Source of the DNA: a virus
Taxonomy: Duplodnaviria > Caudoviricetes
Length of the DNA stretch: 61,032 bases
Virus record (IMG/VR): IMGVR_UViG_3300032219_001145
Location: 1 to 61,032 of that record
Direction: 5' to 3' (one strand)
Shown here: positions 17,722 through 26,212 of the stretch, in pieces
How positions within the stretch are numbered: the first letter of the stretch is position 1
Layout of the letters: every line of letters starts with the position of its first letter
Position numbers and translations under genes: made by a program
The notes under the pieces: model-generated
The model's database searches: none
What the model was told of the DNA's origin: nothing
What the model saw: the letters and a program-made list of their open reading frames with translations, nothing else

Positions 17722-18150
17722 TTATGGTCGAATTGAAAAAGTGTTGTTGGAGAAAAAGTCGCGCATCACCTCGTCGATATCGATGTGCGCATAAATTTTC
17801 TCGCTATCGAATTCTGATGCCAGGTCGGACAGATCAATCTCGCCCGCCAGGTCGGCCAATTCGATCTCGCCCGCGATGGTGGTCAGCTGGCCTTCGGTCA
17901 GCTCGGCCGCCAGGTCGGATACGCTGATATTTTCCCCAACGGTCACCAGCTGGGAGTCGCTGAGGTGCTCGGCGATGGTGGCCAGCTGGGAGTCGCCGAT
18001 ATATTCGGCCAACTGCGCCGGGGTAATGTTGCCCAGTGCTTTGTCGCTGGCGTGGGTCGCCAGCTCCACGCGAACCATGTCGGCCACCAGGGGGCGCATT
18101 TGCTCGGCGAGGTCTTTGACCAGCGCCTGCATGATTGTGTTGAATTCCAT
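17722..18150 (-). CDS. Acidic helical-repeat early protein (142 aa)
   Basis: About 9-12 aa repeats such as QLATIAEHL and DLAGEI; strongly Asp/Glu rich. Confidence 0.75.
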   Translation of the reverse strand: MEFNTIMQALVKDLAEQMRPLVADMVRVELATHASDKALGNITPAQLAEYIGDSQLATIAEHLSDSQLVTVGENISVSDLAAELTEGQLTTIAGEIELADLAGEIDLSDLASEFDSEKIYAHIDIDEVMRDFFSNNTFSIRP

Positions 18151-18203
18151 GTCTTTCTCGCTTTCTGAGGGTTATGGCTTCGCGGATCGCTCGGCCTGGT
18201 TGC

Positions 18204-18233
18204 ATTGTATATCCACTTTTATCCACTTGTCAA
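18204..18233 (-). promoter_or_regulatory. Early sigma70-type promoter
   Basis: TTGACA-18 bp-TACAAT. Confidence 0.75.
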
Positions 18234-18385
18234 CTGCCACCACCAAATATTTTGTGGAAAAGCCAAAAGCCCAGCAAACGACGAACCAGGCTGCCGGTTT
18301 GTGCCTGCTTTTGTTCAGGGTCTGGGGGTGGTCTCAATTGGTGCAAGCGCGCCTCTTCCAGGCGTTTTCGGTCTCGACGTCGCAT
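18230..18385 (-). CDS. Small protein (51 aa) below the ORF-track cutoff
   Basis: MRRRDRKRLEEARL...LVRRLLGFWLFHKIFGGGS; fills the gap. Confidence 0.45.
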   Translation of the reverse strand: MRRRDRKRLEEARLHQLRPPPDPEQKQAQTGSLVRRLLGFWLFHKIFGGGS

Positions 18386-18389
18386 GCGG

Positions 18390-18548
18390 TCACCGATCTA
18401 GCTCTGAATCACCGGGTTCGTATCGCTCGTATGCCAGGAACAGGGTAATGACCTGCTCCCGGGTCACCTTGAGGTCGCGGGCGATTTCTGTCACGGTCCA
18501 ACCAGCCGCGTCGGCCTCGAACGCTTCTTCGATCAATTCGTTATCCAT
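18390..18548 (-). CDS. Small helix-turn-helix protein (52 aa) below the ORF-track cutoff
   Basis: MDNELIEEAFEADAAGWTVTEIARDLKVTREQV; conserved leader and promoter upstream. Confidence 0.65.
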   Translation of the reverse strand: MDNELIEEAFEADAAGWTVTEIARDLKVTREQVITLFLAYERYEPGDSELDR

Positions 18549-18593
18549 AAATTTCTCTCTTTCTAGGTTGCCTGGGACATCCAGGTGCTTACC

Positions 18594-18623
18594 ACTTTAT
18601 CACAACTCTCGCATACAAGTCAA
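18594..18623 (-). promoter_or_regulatory. Early sigma70-type promoter
   Basis: TTGACT-18 bp-TAAAGT. Confidence 0.6.
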
Positions 18624-19042
18624 CTGTCAGTTAAATGTTTCCTGAGTTCAGACCAGGACACGCCCGTCCACGGCCACCGGGCCAGCGCGGGGGTATCGAC
18701 CCCCAGGGTCGCCAGGTCGATTGCCTGCTCGCCGCAAAACAGCAGCAGCTCGGATTTGCTGGCATGCGTCGTGCCGGCCGGGTGATATTGCACCAGGATG
18801 TAGGTCGGGCAGCGCAGGTCGGCATGTTTGACGTGAAAGGCGACCTGGTGGGGTGATAGGGCGACCTTGCGGCCGCGTTTGACCACCTTCAGCTCGACCA
18901 TGACAAACAAGCCATGCGGGAATGCCAGCAGGCAGTCCGGAATGCCCAGGTTCACCCTGGACTCAATCCGGGTGAAATGGCAGTTTGGGAGGTTTTCTCT
19001 CAGCCTTTTGTACAGGTTCGCTTCGGGTTTCAGTGCCATCAT
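18620..19042 (-). CDS. VRR-NUC / Holliday-resolvase-like PD-(D/E)XK nuclease
   Basis: E..LY, RIES..NLGIPD, MVELKV, LSPHQVAFH. Confidence 0.8.
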   Translation of the reverse strand: MMALKPEANLYKRLRENLPNCHFTRIESRVNLGIPDCLLAFPHGLFVMVELKVVKRGRKVALSPHQVAFHVKHADLRCPTYILVQYHPAGTTHASKSELLLFCGEQAIDLATLGVDTPALARWPWTGVSWSELRKHLTDS

Positions 19043-19634
19043 CTTCCCCTTCTTCGGGTTCTTCCTCGATCTGCTTGGGTGTCACGTCCACAATAGGCCC
19101 AGCGTTGCCGCCGTACAGGCGTTTGATTTCTTCGAGCTTGCGCACGACCTCTTCTTTGCTCATGCTGTCGATTGTGCCGTGGCGAATTTCTTTGCGGTCG
19201 ATGTAAATCGAACCCAGGGCCTGGCCCCTTCGGTATTCGGCCTGGACGGCCGCGCCGTATGCGCCAGCCTGCAGCGCCTGGTCGCGGATAACCTGCAGGT
19301 CTCGCATATGCCGCTCGAACGTGGTGCCGTACTTCTCGCCCAGCTCGCGCCTTCGCTCCTGGATCGCGGCCACGATATGCGGGCAAATCTCCGGGTCGGT
19401 CAGCTCGCGGGCCCGGCTCTTGGCCCAAACCTCGCTGTACCCGGCGCGGATTGCCGACTCTTTCAAGGTGACGTGACCATCGCCCGCGCAAAATTCTTCG
19501 ACAAACTTCCATTCCTGGCTGGTCAAAACTCTTGGCTTGTGGGCTTTGACCGGGCCGGTCACCCGGGCCTCGACAACAGCAGGCCTCCCGCCCAGGCTCT
19601 TGCCGGCCAAGAACTTCTCGTCTTTACCGCCCAT
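18963..19634 (-). CDS. terS: Terminase small subunit-like protein
   Basis: LTSQEWKFVEEF...ESAIRAGYS...ARELTDP, AAVQAEYRRGQALG; TGATG coupling at 19634. Confidence 0.75.
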   Translation of the reverse strand: MGGKDEKFLAGKSLGGRPAVVEARVTGPVKAHKPRVLTSQEWKFVEEFCAGDGHVTLKESAIRAGYSEVWAKSRARELTDPEICPHIVAAIQERRRELGEKYGTTFERHMRDLQVIRDQALQAGAYGAAVQAEYRRGQALGSIYIDRKEIRHGTIDSMSKEEVVRKLEEIKRLYGGNAGPIVDVTPKQIEEEPEEGEDDGTETRSEPVQKAERKPPKLPFHPD

Positions 19635-19852
19635 CAAGCCACCCGCCACAGCCGCCAGCCTTCGCCATAGCGCCGACAGGTGAATCGGGTGCCTGGGTGG
19701 CGTTTGGAGTACATGTAGGCCGCGCTGCGCAGGTTCTTGATCCAGGTGGCGTCCAACACCAGGAAACTGTCCCCAAGGGCCATATCAGGGAATGGGTAAC
19801 GCTCGCGGGGGTCGACGCCGCCAGGGAGGGGGATGTTTTTGTCAATTTTCAT
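19634..19852 (-). CDS. Small conserved phage protein, probably DNA-binding
   Basis: MKIDKNIPLP...YPFPDMALGDSFLV...GWRLWRVA. Confidence 0.7.
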   Translation of the reverse strand: MKIDKNIPLPGGVDPRERYPFPDMALGDSFLVLDATWIKNLRSAAYMYSKRHPGTRFTCRRYGEGWRLWRVA

Positions 19853-19914
19853 GGCTACATTGTGCAACAAAACCACAACTAACGCAACTACAAGGGCAAC
19901 CCAGGTCAAATTCG

Positions 19915-20140
19915 GGGTTTTATGTAGACTTTTTTAGACCAACGTATGAAAAGTTTTTTTCAAAAAGTTAGCTCGCGCGCATTTTATGTAAATTACACCT
20001 ATTGACTATGTGTAATGTAGTGTGTTCTCATAACCTATTGATTTCATTAAACTATTACACCATTACGTCTATTACACTTAATTTCAAAAAAATAAAAAAA
20101 ATAAAATCACTTTTTCATTTTTGTTCTACTGAATAGCTGA
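19915..20140. other. AT-rich non-coding region with ATTACAC repeats, candidate replication origin
   Basis: ATTACAC at about 19992, 20054 and 20071, inverted GTGTAAT at about 20010, followed by A and T tracts. Confidence 0.5.
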
Positions 20141-20233
20141 AATTGACCGTGAGCCGTGATCCCCGCACCTTTCCCCTGTATAAATCCCCAGTAAAACTAA
20201 GGGTAAACCCCTACAAACATTTCCCTTGACACG

Positions 20234-20262
20234 TTGACAGTTGATGTGTTATATGGTAAAAT
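20234..20262 (+). promoter_or_regulatory. Strong sigma70-type promoter
   Basis: TTGACA-17 bp-TAAAAT with TGn extension. Confidence 0.85.
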
Positions 20263-20321
20263 ATAGTTGTCAATTAGATAAATTGACAAATGTTCTTTAA
20301 CAACAGAAAGTGAGAAAGCAT

Positions 20322-20567
20322 ATGAACACGACAAATCGCGTGTGGATTGAACTGCAGCCGCCCAAAACCTTGGAGCACGGCGAAGAGCAATGTAGGCTGG
20401 CCAACAAAATGCTTAAACGGCTTGGGTTGGACGTGACACAGACCTTCTTTTGGGTTGGACTGGGCCCCGGCCGACCCACCTACAACTTTACGCTGAACGA
20501 CAGCGGGGAATTCATGGAATGCCCCGACAACGGCCAGTGGTTCAATTTAACCAAACTTGCGGGCTAA
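20322..20567 (+). CDS. Stand-alone hypothetical protein (81 aa) on the opposite strand
   Basis: Own promoter, AGAAAGTGAGAAA leader and terminator. Confidence 0.8.
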   Translation: MNTTNRVWIELQPPKTLEHGEEQCRLANKMLKRLGLDVTQTFFWVGLGPGRPTYNFTLNDSGEFMECPDNGQWFNLTKLAG

Positions 20568-20580
20568 CCCCCGCACCTCG

Positions 20581-20612
20581 AAACCCGCCAGCTCAACCCT
20601 GGCGGGTTTTTT
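20581..20612 (+). terminator. Intrinsic terminator
   Basis: AAACCCGCCAG/CTGGCGGGTTT stem plus U tract. Confidence 0.85.
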
Positions 20613-23484
20613 ATTGCACCCTCTCCCCCAACCACTGCCGGTGCTCCCCCGACAGCATCTTGGCCGCCACCTCCATGGGCAGCAGCTCCCCAAACTCAAT
20701 CTCTGTCACGTCCCCGTTGTTCATCACCGGCCCGAAAAGGGCGTACTTCTGCCCGCCGGCCGTGATCACCACTATTTGAACCATGGCCCGTGGCTCGAGG
20801 GCCTGGACCAGCTCTTGTAAGGACGGGGTCATATCTTGCTCCATACCCAAACGCCCAGAATGACCAGCAGCACCCAGTACTGGTCTTCGCTCACCTCCTC
20901 AACTCCAAGCTGAGTTCCTCCACCTTCGCCAGGAGTTCCTGCGCCTGGGCGGCCAGGTGCTCCATTTGGTCGTTCTGCACCTCAATCCTTCTGCGCAGGC
21001 CGTTGACGTACTCCAGGGTTTCTACGCAGGTGATCGGCCGTGGTGGGTTTTCCGTCGAAAAGATAGCGGGTCTCATGTGGTTTGCTCCTTGAGGGTAATA
21101 AGTCGTTCTTTTACGGTTTTAATCACGTGGCTATAAATGATGGGTTCTTTTTCTTTAAGGCGCTCCATGGCCTTTTCTAACCAAGTTTCATCATTTGGCA
21201 AATCTTTCAACAACTCCATCAGTTCTTTGCGTGTTGTCATCCGGCCTTCTCCTTCAGTTCCTCAACATATTGCACCAGGTGGTCCAGGACCTGCGGCTCC
21301 AGGGCCACGACGTTGTTTTCGTGGTGATTGACTGCCAGCCACACGGAGTAGCCGTCAAAACTGGCGTACACGCCGTCACCCAGGTAGGTTGACGGGTAGG
21401 GTTCGTTTTCATCCATTGTTTTTCTCCTTCAATTTCTCGTTGATGGCTGCTGCCAAAATATCAAACCATTCCTGTGTGGTCTTGCCCGCACCCATTCCTT
21501 CCAACGGCATGATGGCGGGGCGCAGCTCCTTGATGAGTTGCACGGTCACTCCCAACGCGTCCGCTACCCCTTGTTCGTAGCTGTCTGCGCACAGCTTCAA
21601 CAATGCTTCACGGTCCATTATTCTTGCTCCTTAATTTAGCCTCAATGTCCCTGACCATTTCAAATATGGTTGAACGACCCGCCCCTGTCTGCCAATCTTC
21701 CCAGTCCCAATAGGCTTGAATTTCCTCATCTGTCAGCCCTACCCACTCGCGCCTGTAGTCTTGGATGTCGTCGTCTTCAACGCGCTCCGACATCTTTCTG
21801 TATACCGCCCTAGCGGTAGGTGTATCGGGCATGTTGTTGTCTGCCAATAGTTGGCCCAACTTGTCCGCAGCCATGCGCCGCTTGGCTTGAAAGCCGCCGC
21901 CCCAGGCACCTTGCCTGCGGGCCAGGTCGTCGAACGCTTCGTCTTCTGCGTCTTTCATGAGAACACCCCCCACATAACTGCGCCAATGGTGACCACAACC
22001 AGCACCACAAAGCCCACGCCGAGAAAGGTCTTCAAGGCGTCGATGAAAAAGTCTTCGTCGTTGTCGTCGTTCATTCCGCATCCCTCCATGTCCAACCCAG
22101 CAGCTTGGTCGTGTTCTCAATCTGCTCGGGCGTTGGCTTGTGGTACATAGCAAAACTTGTATGGGGGTTTGCTTCTGCGTAGAGTACCCAGTAGCCCACA
22201 GGTGGGGGCGGTGCGTATAGTTTGTATGAAACTGGGGTGGGGATTGTGCCGCTGGTCAGTTCTTCTTCCATCAAAACTTCTCCTTGTAAAACTTCCCGAT
22301 AACCTCCGCCAGTTCGTGGATATGAAAGTCTCCGCCTTCACCACCAGCGTCGCTGATCCAAATATTGCCTGGCAGCACGCCCGGGGACAACGTCCAGCCG
22401 GCCACGTGAACCTCGTAGCGTTCGCGGCCGTCCTTCACGCCCTGGTCGTAGGCCACCTGGGCCTTGCACGCGTCTTCGATCGTCATCATCGTGTACTTCT
22501 GACATTCTTGCCAGACAAACCTGGCGTTTTCTTTGTGGAGGAGTTTGTGTTCTGCTTTGCTCAATTGGAGCCACCAGTCTTCAAAGGTCATGGCAACTCC
22601 CCATGATGGCCGTGAGCCGATCCAACTCACCTATTACAAAAGTCCTGAACTGCGCATAGTCCATATCGGTTTGCCTACCAATCGTGGCTAGGATAAGCAA
22701 AACAGCGTTAAGCCCCACAGGGCCCCCTGCTGCTTCAATCAGGGTTTTGATTTCCGCGTACAACGTAACCACGTTCGTATCACGGAGAAACTTTTCTTCA
22801 CTCATGGCGGCCCCCTCTGAACAGGCCCGTGATCCGTGTCCCTGCCAGCTGAAGCAGTGACATGTTGGCCAAGTACTCGCGCAACCGGCTCGCCTCCAGC
22901 TCCTTGGCGTTGCTATGTTTGGCCAGGAGCGCGTAAGCGTCTTCAAACTCCACGCGTGCCGCTTCGCGGCCCTTGCTCCAACCATCGGCGTAAGCCTCTG
23001 CTGCCACGACCGCAAAGGTGCGGCGTTTGTATTTTCTAGTCTCAGCCATATCAGCTCTCCATATGGTCAAAAACAGCTTCGTCAATACGCAGGCGCTCTT
23101 TGTGGGACATCTTGGCCTCGAGCCATGGCGCGGGTTGGCCCCTGCAGTCGAGGACTTCCCACTCACCTTCCCCGCCTTCTGCGGGATAGCAGTTCTCGGG
23201 CGGGCCGCCAATGTAAGCAGGGCGGTGGCTTTCCCAGGACAGCACGCGGATGATGCAGGGGATGCCGCAGCAGGTGTATTCAAATTCGCTCATGCCCTGA
23301 TCTCCAAAAGCTGCTCGTCGCAGTCCTCGTCAACGTACACCGAGAACAGGGTCAACTCAAAGTCGCCCTCTTCGGTTTCAATGACGATGTCCCGCGAGGC
23401 GGAAAACATGTCATTGGTTTTGCTGGACCGGGTCGCGCTGAAACGGATGCTTTTGACGCGATGGATGTTCAAGTTGAAGTTCAT
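20611..23484 (-). other. Run of small, translationally coupled hypothetical genes (e.g. 20611-20844, 20891-21076, 21073-21240, 21237-21416, 21409-21618, 22071-22274, 23051-23293, 23290-23484)
   Basis: Tiled - strand ORFs with ATGA-type overlaps and GGAG-like RBS; no recognisable function. Confidence 0.65.
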
Positions 23485-23561
23485 CTCTTTCTCTCTTTCT
23501 GTTGATGGAGACTAAATTATATAGGTATCGTACCAATTCTTCTCAGTAGTTTCCCTGATTT

Positions 23562-23798
23562 TTAAGCAGGTTCGTAGGTCATTTCAAATATGTCCGGCTT
23601 GCAAGGGTAATGCTCCCCCTTCACGCCCGTGATGATGTAGTCACCGGGGCGGACAATGTGGACGCCTTCCAGCGTCTTGATCCAGCCGCACCCCTCTAGC
23701 TGCTGGTCATTGCATTGATATTTGGCAACAGCCCAGTGGTCGCCGTCCTTGAACCATTGCGTGGCCTCAATGACCACTGGTTTTTTTCGGTACTTCAC
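23562..23798 (-). CDS. Conserved phage protein (KKPVVIEA...TLEG...GDYII...YPCKPDIF family)
   Basis: Recognisable family motif string. Confidence 0.8.
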   Translation of the reverse strand: MKYRKKPVVIEATQWFKDGDHWAVAKYQCNDQQLEGCGWIKTLEGVHIVRPGDYIITGVKGEHYPCKPDIFEMTYEPA

Positions 23799-24256
23799 CG
23801 TGCATTCCCCTGCAAGCGGTCCGCGACCAGTGTAGCGTAGCCCGCGATGTCTACCCAGCTATCCACCTTGTCGGGGTTGCCGTTCACGATGCGGCCGATC
23901 TTGTGCAGGATCATCTCCAGGGCTTCCCACTGGTCATCTGCAAAGGTCTTGTCGTGAATGGCTGCGTGGTCCGCGACCAGTCGTTTCATACCCTGCATCA
24001 GTGCAGCGCCATCCTTGAACTTGCCGTAGTCCACAGCACGCTCGTTGATGGTTTCGTCCGCTCCGACTGTTTCGTGGATGAAGAGCCCAGGCCCCACTTC
24101 AGAGAACGGCACGTTCATATGCGCCAGCTCATTGCGCACCTGCGTGCGCAGCTTGTAGGTCATAGGCTTGGACGCCTGGTACTTCGCAGCCACCGTGGCC
24201 ACGCTGCTGCCGGGGAATTTGCGAAAGTGTTCGCGGACTTTTTCAGACTTGTTCAT
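23795..24256 (-). CDS. DUF6378-like protein
   Basis: ERAVDYG...KIGRIVNG...DSWVDIAGYATL. Confidence 0.7.
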   Translation of the reverse strand: MNKSEKVREHFRKFPGSSVATVAAKYQASKPMTYKLRTQVRNELAHMNVPFSEVGPGLFIHETVGADETINERAVDYGKFKDGAALMQGMKRLVADHAAIHDKTFADDQWEALEMILHKIGRIVNGNPDKVDSWVDIAGYATLVADRLQGNAR

Positions 24257-24738
24257 GTGGTTTCCTTTTGAATTTGAACGATTGCACGTGCCTTGCCCTG
24301 GGCCAATACCTTTAGGACAAAGTCGTGCGCCTTTTCGATGTCATGAACAGTGGCATGCGCCAACTGCTCCTCATGCAGGTCCATCACCAGCTGCAGTGCT
24401 GTCCACTGCTTGGCTGTCATGATGAACCGCATTCCGTTGGCCACGCCCCGCTGCGATAAGGCAAGCAAGGCGTCTTGCCCCTGCCTGATCTCCTCGAGCC
24501 AGTCGTGACCTTTGCCCATGAGGGCCAGCGCTTCAGTGATGTTGAAAGCGCCGATCAGCATGTCAATGTCTCCTTTGTTTGCGTCGCCCTTGCGGACGTG
24601 GTCCAGGGCCGCGCGGTTCTTGATCTGTACGTCAAGGTACGTTCCCGGCAGATCGCGCACAGGCATAAGGCCTGACAGCACGAACTCCAGAGGGTTCTGA
24701 AGAACGGGGCGGGGGCGGTATTTGCTACGCTTTCTCAT
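24253..24738 (-). CDS. Hypothetical phage protein
   Basis: MRKRSKYRPRPVLQNPL; coupled to neighbours. Confidence 0.7.
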   Translation of the reverse strand: MRKRSKYRPRPVLQNPLEFVLSGLMPVRDLPGTYLDVQIKNRAALDHVRKGDANKGDIDMLIGAFNITEALALMGKGHDWLEEIRQGQDALLALSQRGVANGMRFIMTAKQWTALQLVMDLHEEQLAHATVHDIEKAHDFVLKVLAQGKARAIVQIQKETT

Positions 24739-25129
24739 GTGCTGCACGCCACAAAAAGACTTGCCAGCAGCAGCGTCAGTAAGAGGGCGAAGAACATGAT
24801 GGTTCTGTCGCGGACCAGGAGGCGGTAGTTGCCAAGCAGGATGTTCTGCAAAAACTCCTCGTCCTCTGACATTGGCGCGGGCCGTGGCACGTAGGCCAGG
24901 CCGATCAGTACTTTGCCGGTGTTCACATACTTGCCTGTGGCGGCGAGTTTGTTGAATACCTGCTGTTCTCTCGTAAGGGGTTTTTTAGCCATTTCAACCT
25001 TTCTCCTTTCTATGTTGGAGCTGTGATCGTAGCACATTTATCTCACGTGTCAACAACTCAACTCTACTCTCTGCTTCCAACCAGGCTCCACGCCACAGTC
25101 GCTGGTCCTCAATGCGCTGTGCTGCCGCT

Positions 25130-25621
25130 TCAAGCAGGTCCGCCATGAAAGGAAAGACCCCCTTGCTTGAGCGTAGTTCCTCTTGTAGTTTCATGTTCAC
25201 TCCAGGGATGGGTTAGATATTCTTCTCGAAGCAGTCCGTATAGCACCAGGTCTCCACCGTCGGGGAAAGCCTTGCGCATGCGCCCCTCGTGCTGAAAGCC
25301 CAGGCGCGATACAAAGCGCTGGGCGTTAAGGTTCTCTGCCCGGACGAGGCCCGTGACCCGTGGTACTTCAAGCACCATGAACGGAAACTCAAACGACGCG
25401 TTGAAGAAGCTGCGCGACAGCCAGCAGCTCTTGGGCCGTGCAGCGATATGCATGTCGATGTTGGTGCCCGTGTAGGCAGAGAACACGGTGGCCGCCAGGA
25501 ACTCGTCGTTGTCGTCCACCAGGCTTATCGCAGTGACGTTCCCCGACACACCTTCAATGCCAATGATCTCCTTGGCCCAGGCTACGGCCTCCTTGACCCG
25601 TTCAAAACGTAGAATTTTCAC
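25130..25621 (-). CDS. GNAT-fold acetyltransferase (RimJ/RimL-like)
   Basis: VRAENLNAQRFVSRLGFQHEGRMR...LYGLLREE. Confidence 0.75.
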   Translation of the reverse strand: MKILRFERVKEAVAWAKEIIGIEGVSGNVTAISLVDDNDEFLAATVFSAYTGTNIDMHIAARPKSCWLSRSFFNASFEFPFMVLEVPRVTGLVRAENLNAQRFVSRLGFQHEGRMRKAFPDGGDLVLYGLLREEYLTHPWSEHETTRGTTLKQGGLSFHGGPA

Positions 25622-25794
25622 GGTAGTTCTCCGCGATGTCGTCTTCAAACAGCATCATCTGCTCCTCAGTGAGGGTCTTGGTGATGTCCACCTGGCGCGG
25701 CTTGCCGCTGGGGCCTGTGATAGTCAACAGGACCTTGGTGATGTCCAGTTGCGCGGGCAGTTCTGTGTCTTCCACCAGCATGGCCGGCAGCACC

Positions 25795-26181
25795 TCAAAA
25801 GTGAGTTCGACGGGGAACGTCATCTCGGTTTGATATTTCATTTTTGGCTTTCTCTCTTGTTTTGGCAATACGCTGTAGCGTCAGGGATTCTTCATAGGCA
25901 ATGTCAAACACGGGAATCATTAGGCAGTGCAGATACGCGCCCATTCCTATCTTGTAAAAGGCAGCCACTTCTTTAAGCATGTAGTACGCCTCCTCGGGTA
26001 CGGATACGGTAATCCAGCGCTGCCCCGCGCGCTTGGAGGGTGACGCACGTACAGCGTCATAGCGGTCCTTTTTTGGACGCCCATTCTTCCTCGGCCTGCC
26101 CCGTTTCTTCATTGGCTGGCGGATGTACGGCTCCGGGTTGGCAGGTACAACTTGGGTTCGCGGTGTAGCAGGTCTTCCCAT
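25795..26181 (-). CDS. AT-hook-containing DNA-binding protein
   Basis: MGRP, KRGRPRK and GRPKK motifs followed by a ribbon-helix-helix-like WITVSVPEEAYYMLKEVA. Confidence 0.6.
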   Translation of the reverse strand: MGRPATPRTQVVPANPEPYIRQPMKKRGRPRKNGRPKKDRYDAVRASPSKRAGQRWITVSVPEEAYYMLKEVAAFYKIGMGAYLHCLMIPVFDIAYEESLTLQRIAKTREKAKNEISNRDDVPRRTHF

Positions 26182-26212
26182 CTAATTCTCCTTTCTATTG
26201 AACAGTCGTCAA

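Noticed and set aside
18209-18228. DnaA boxes (TTATCCACT)
   Set aside because: Mismatched, only two copies, and located in a promoter spacer
19967-19994. dif-like XerCD site (TTATGTAAAT)
   Set aside because: Only a partial XerD arm; no XerC arm at the correct spacing
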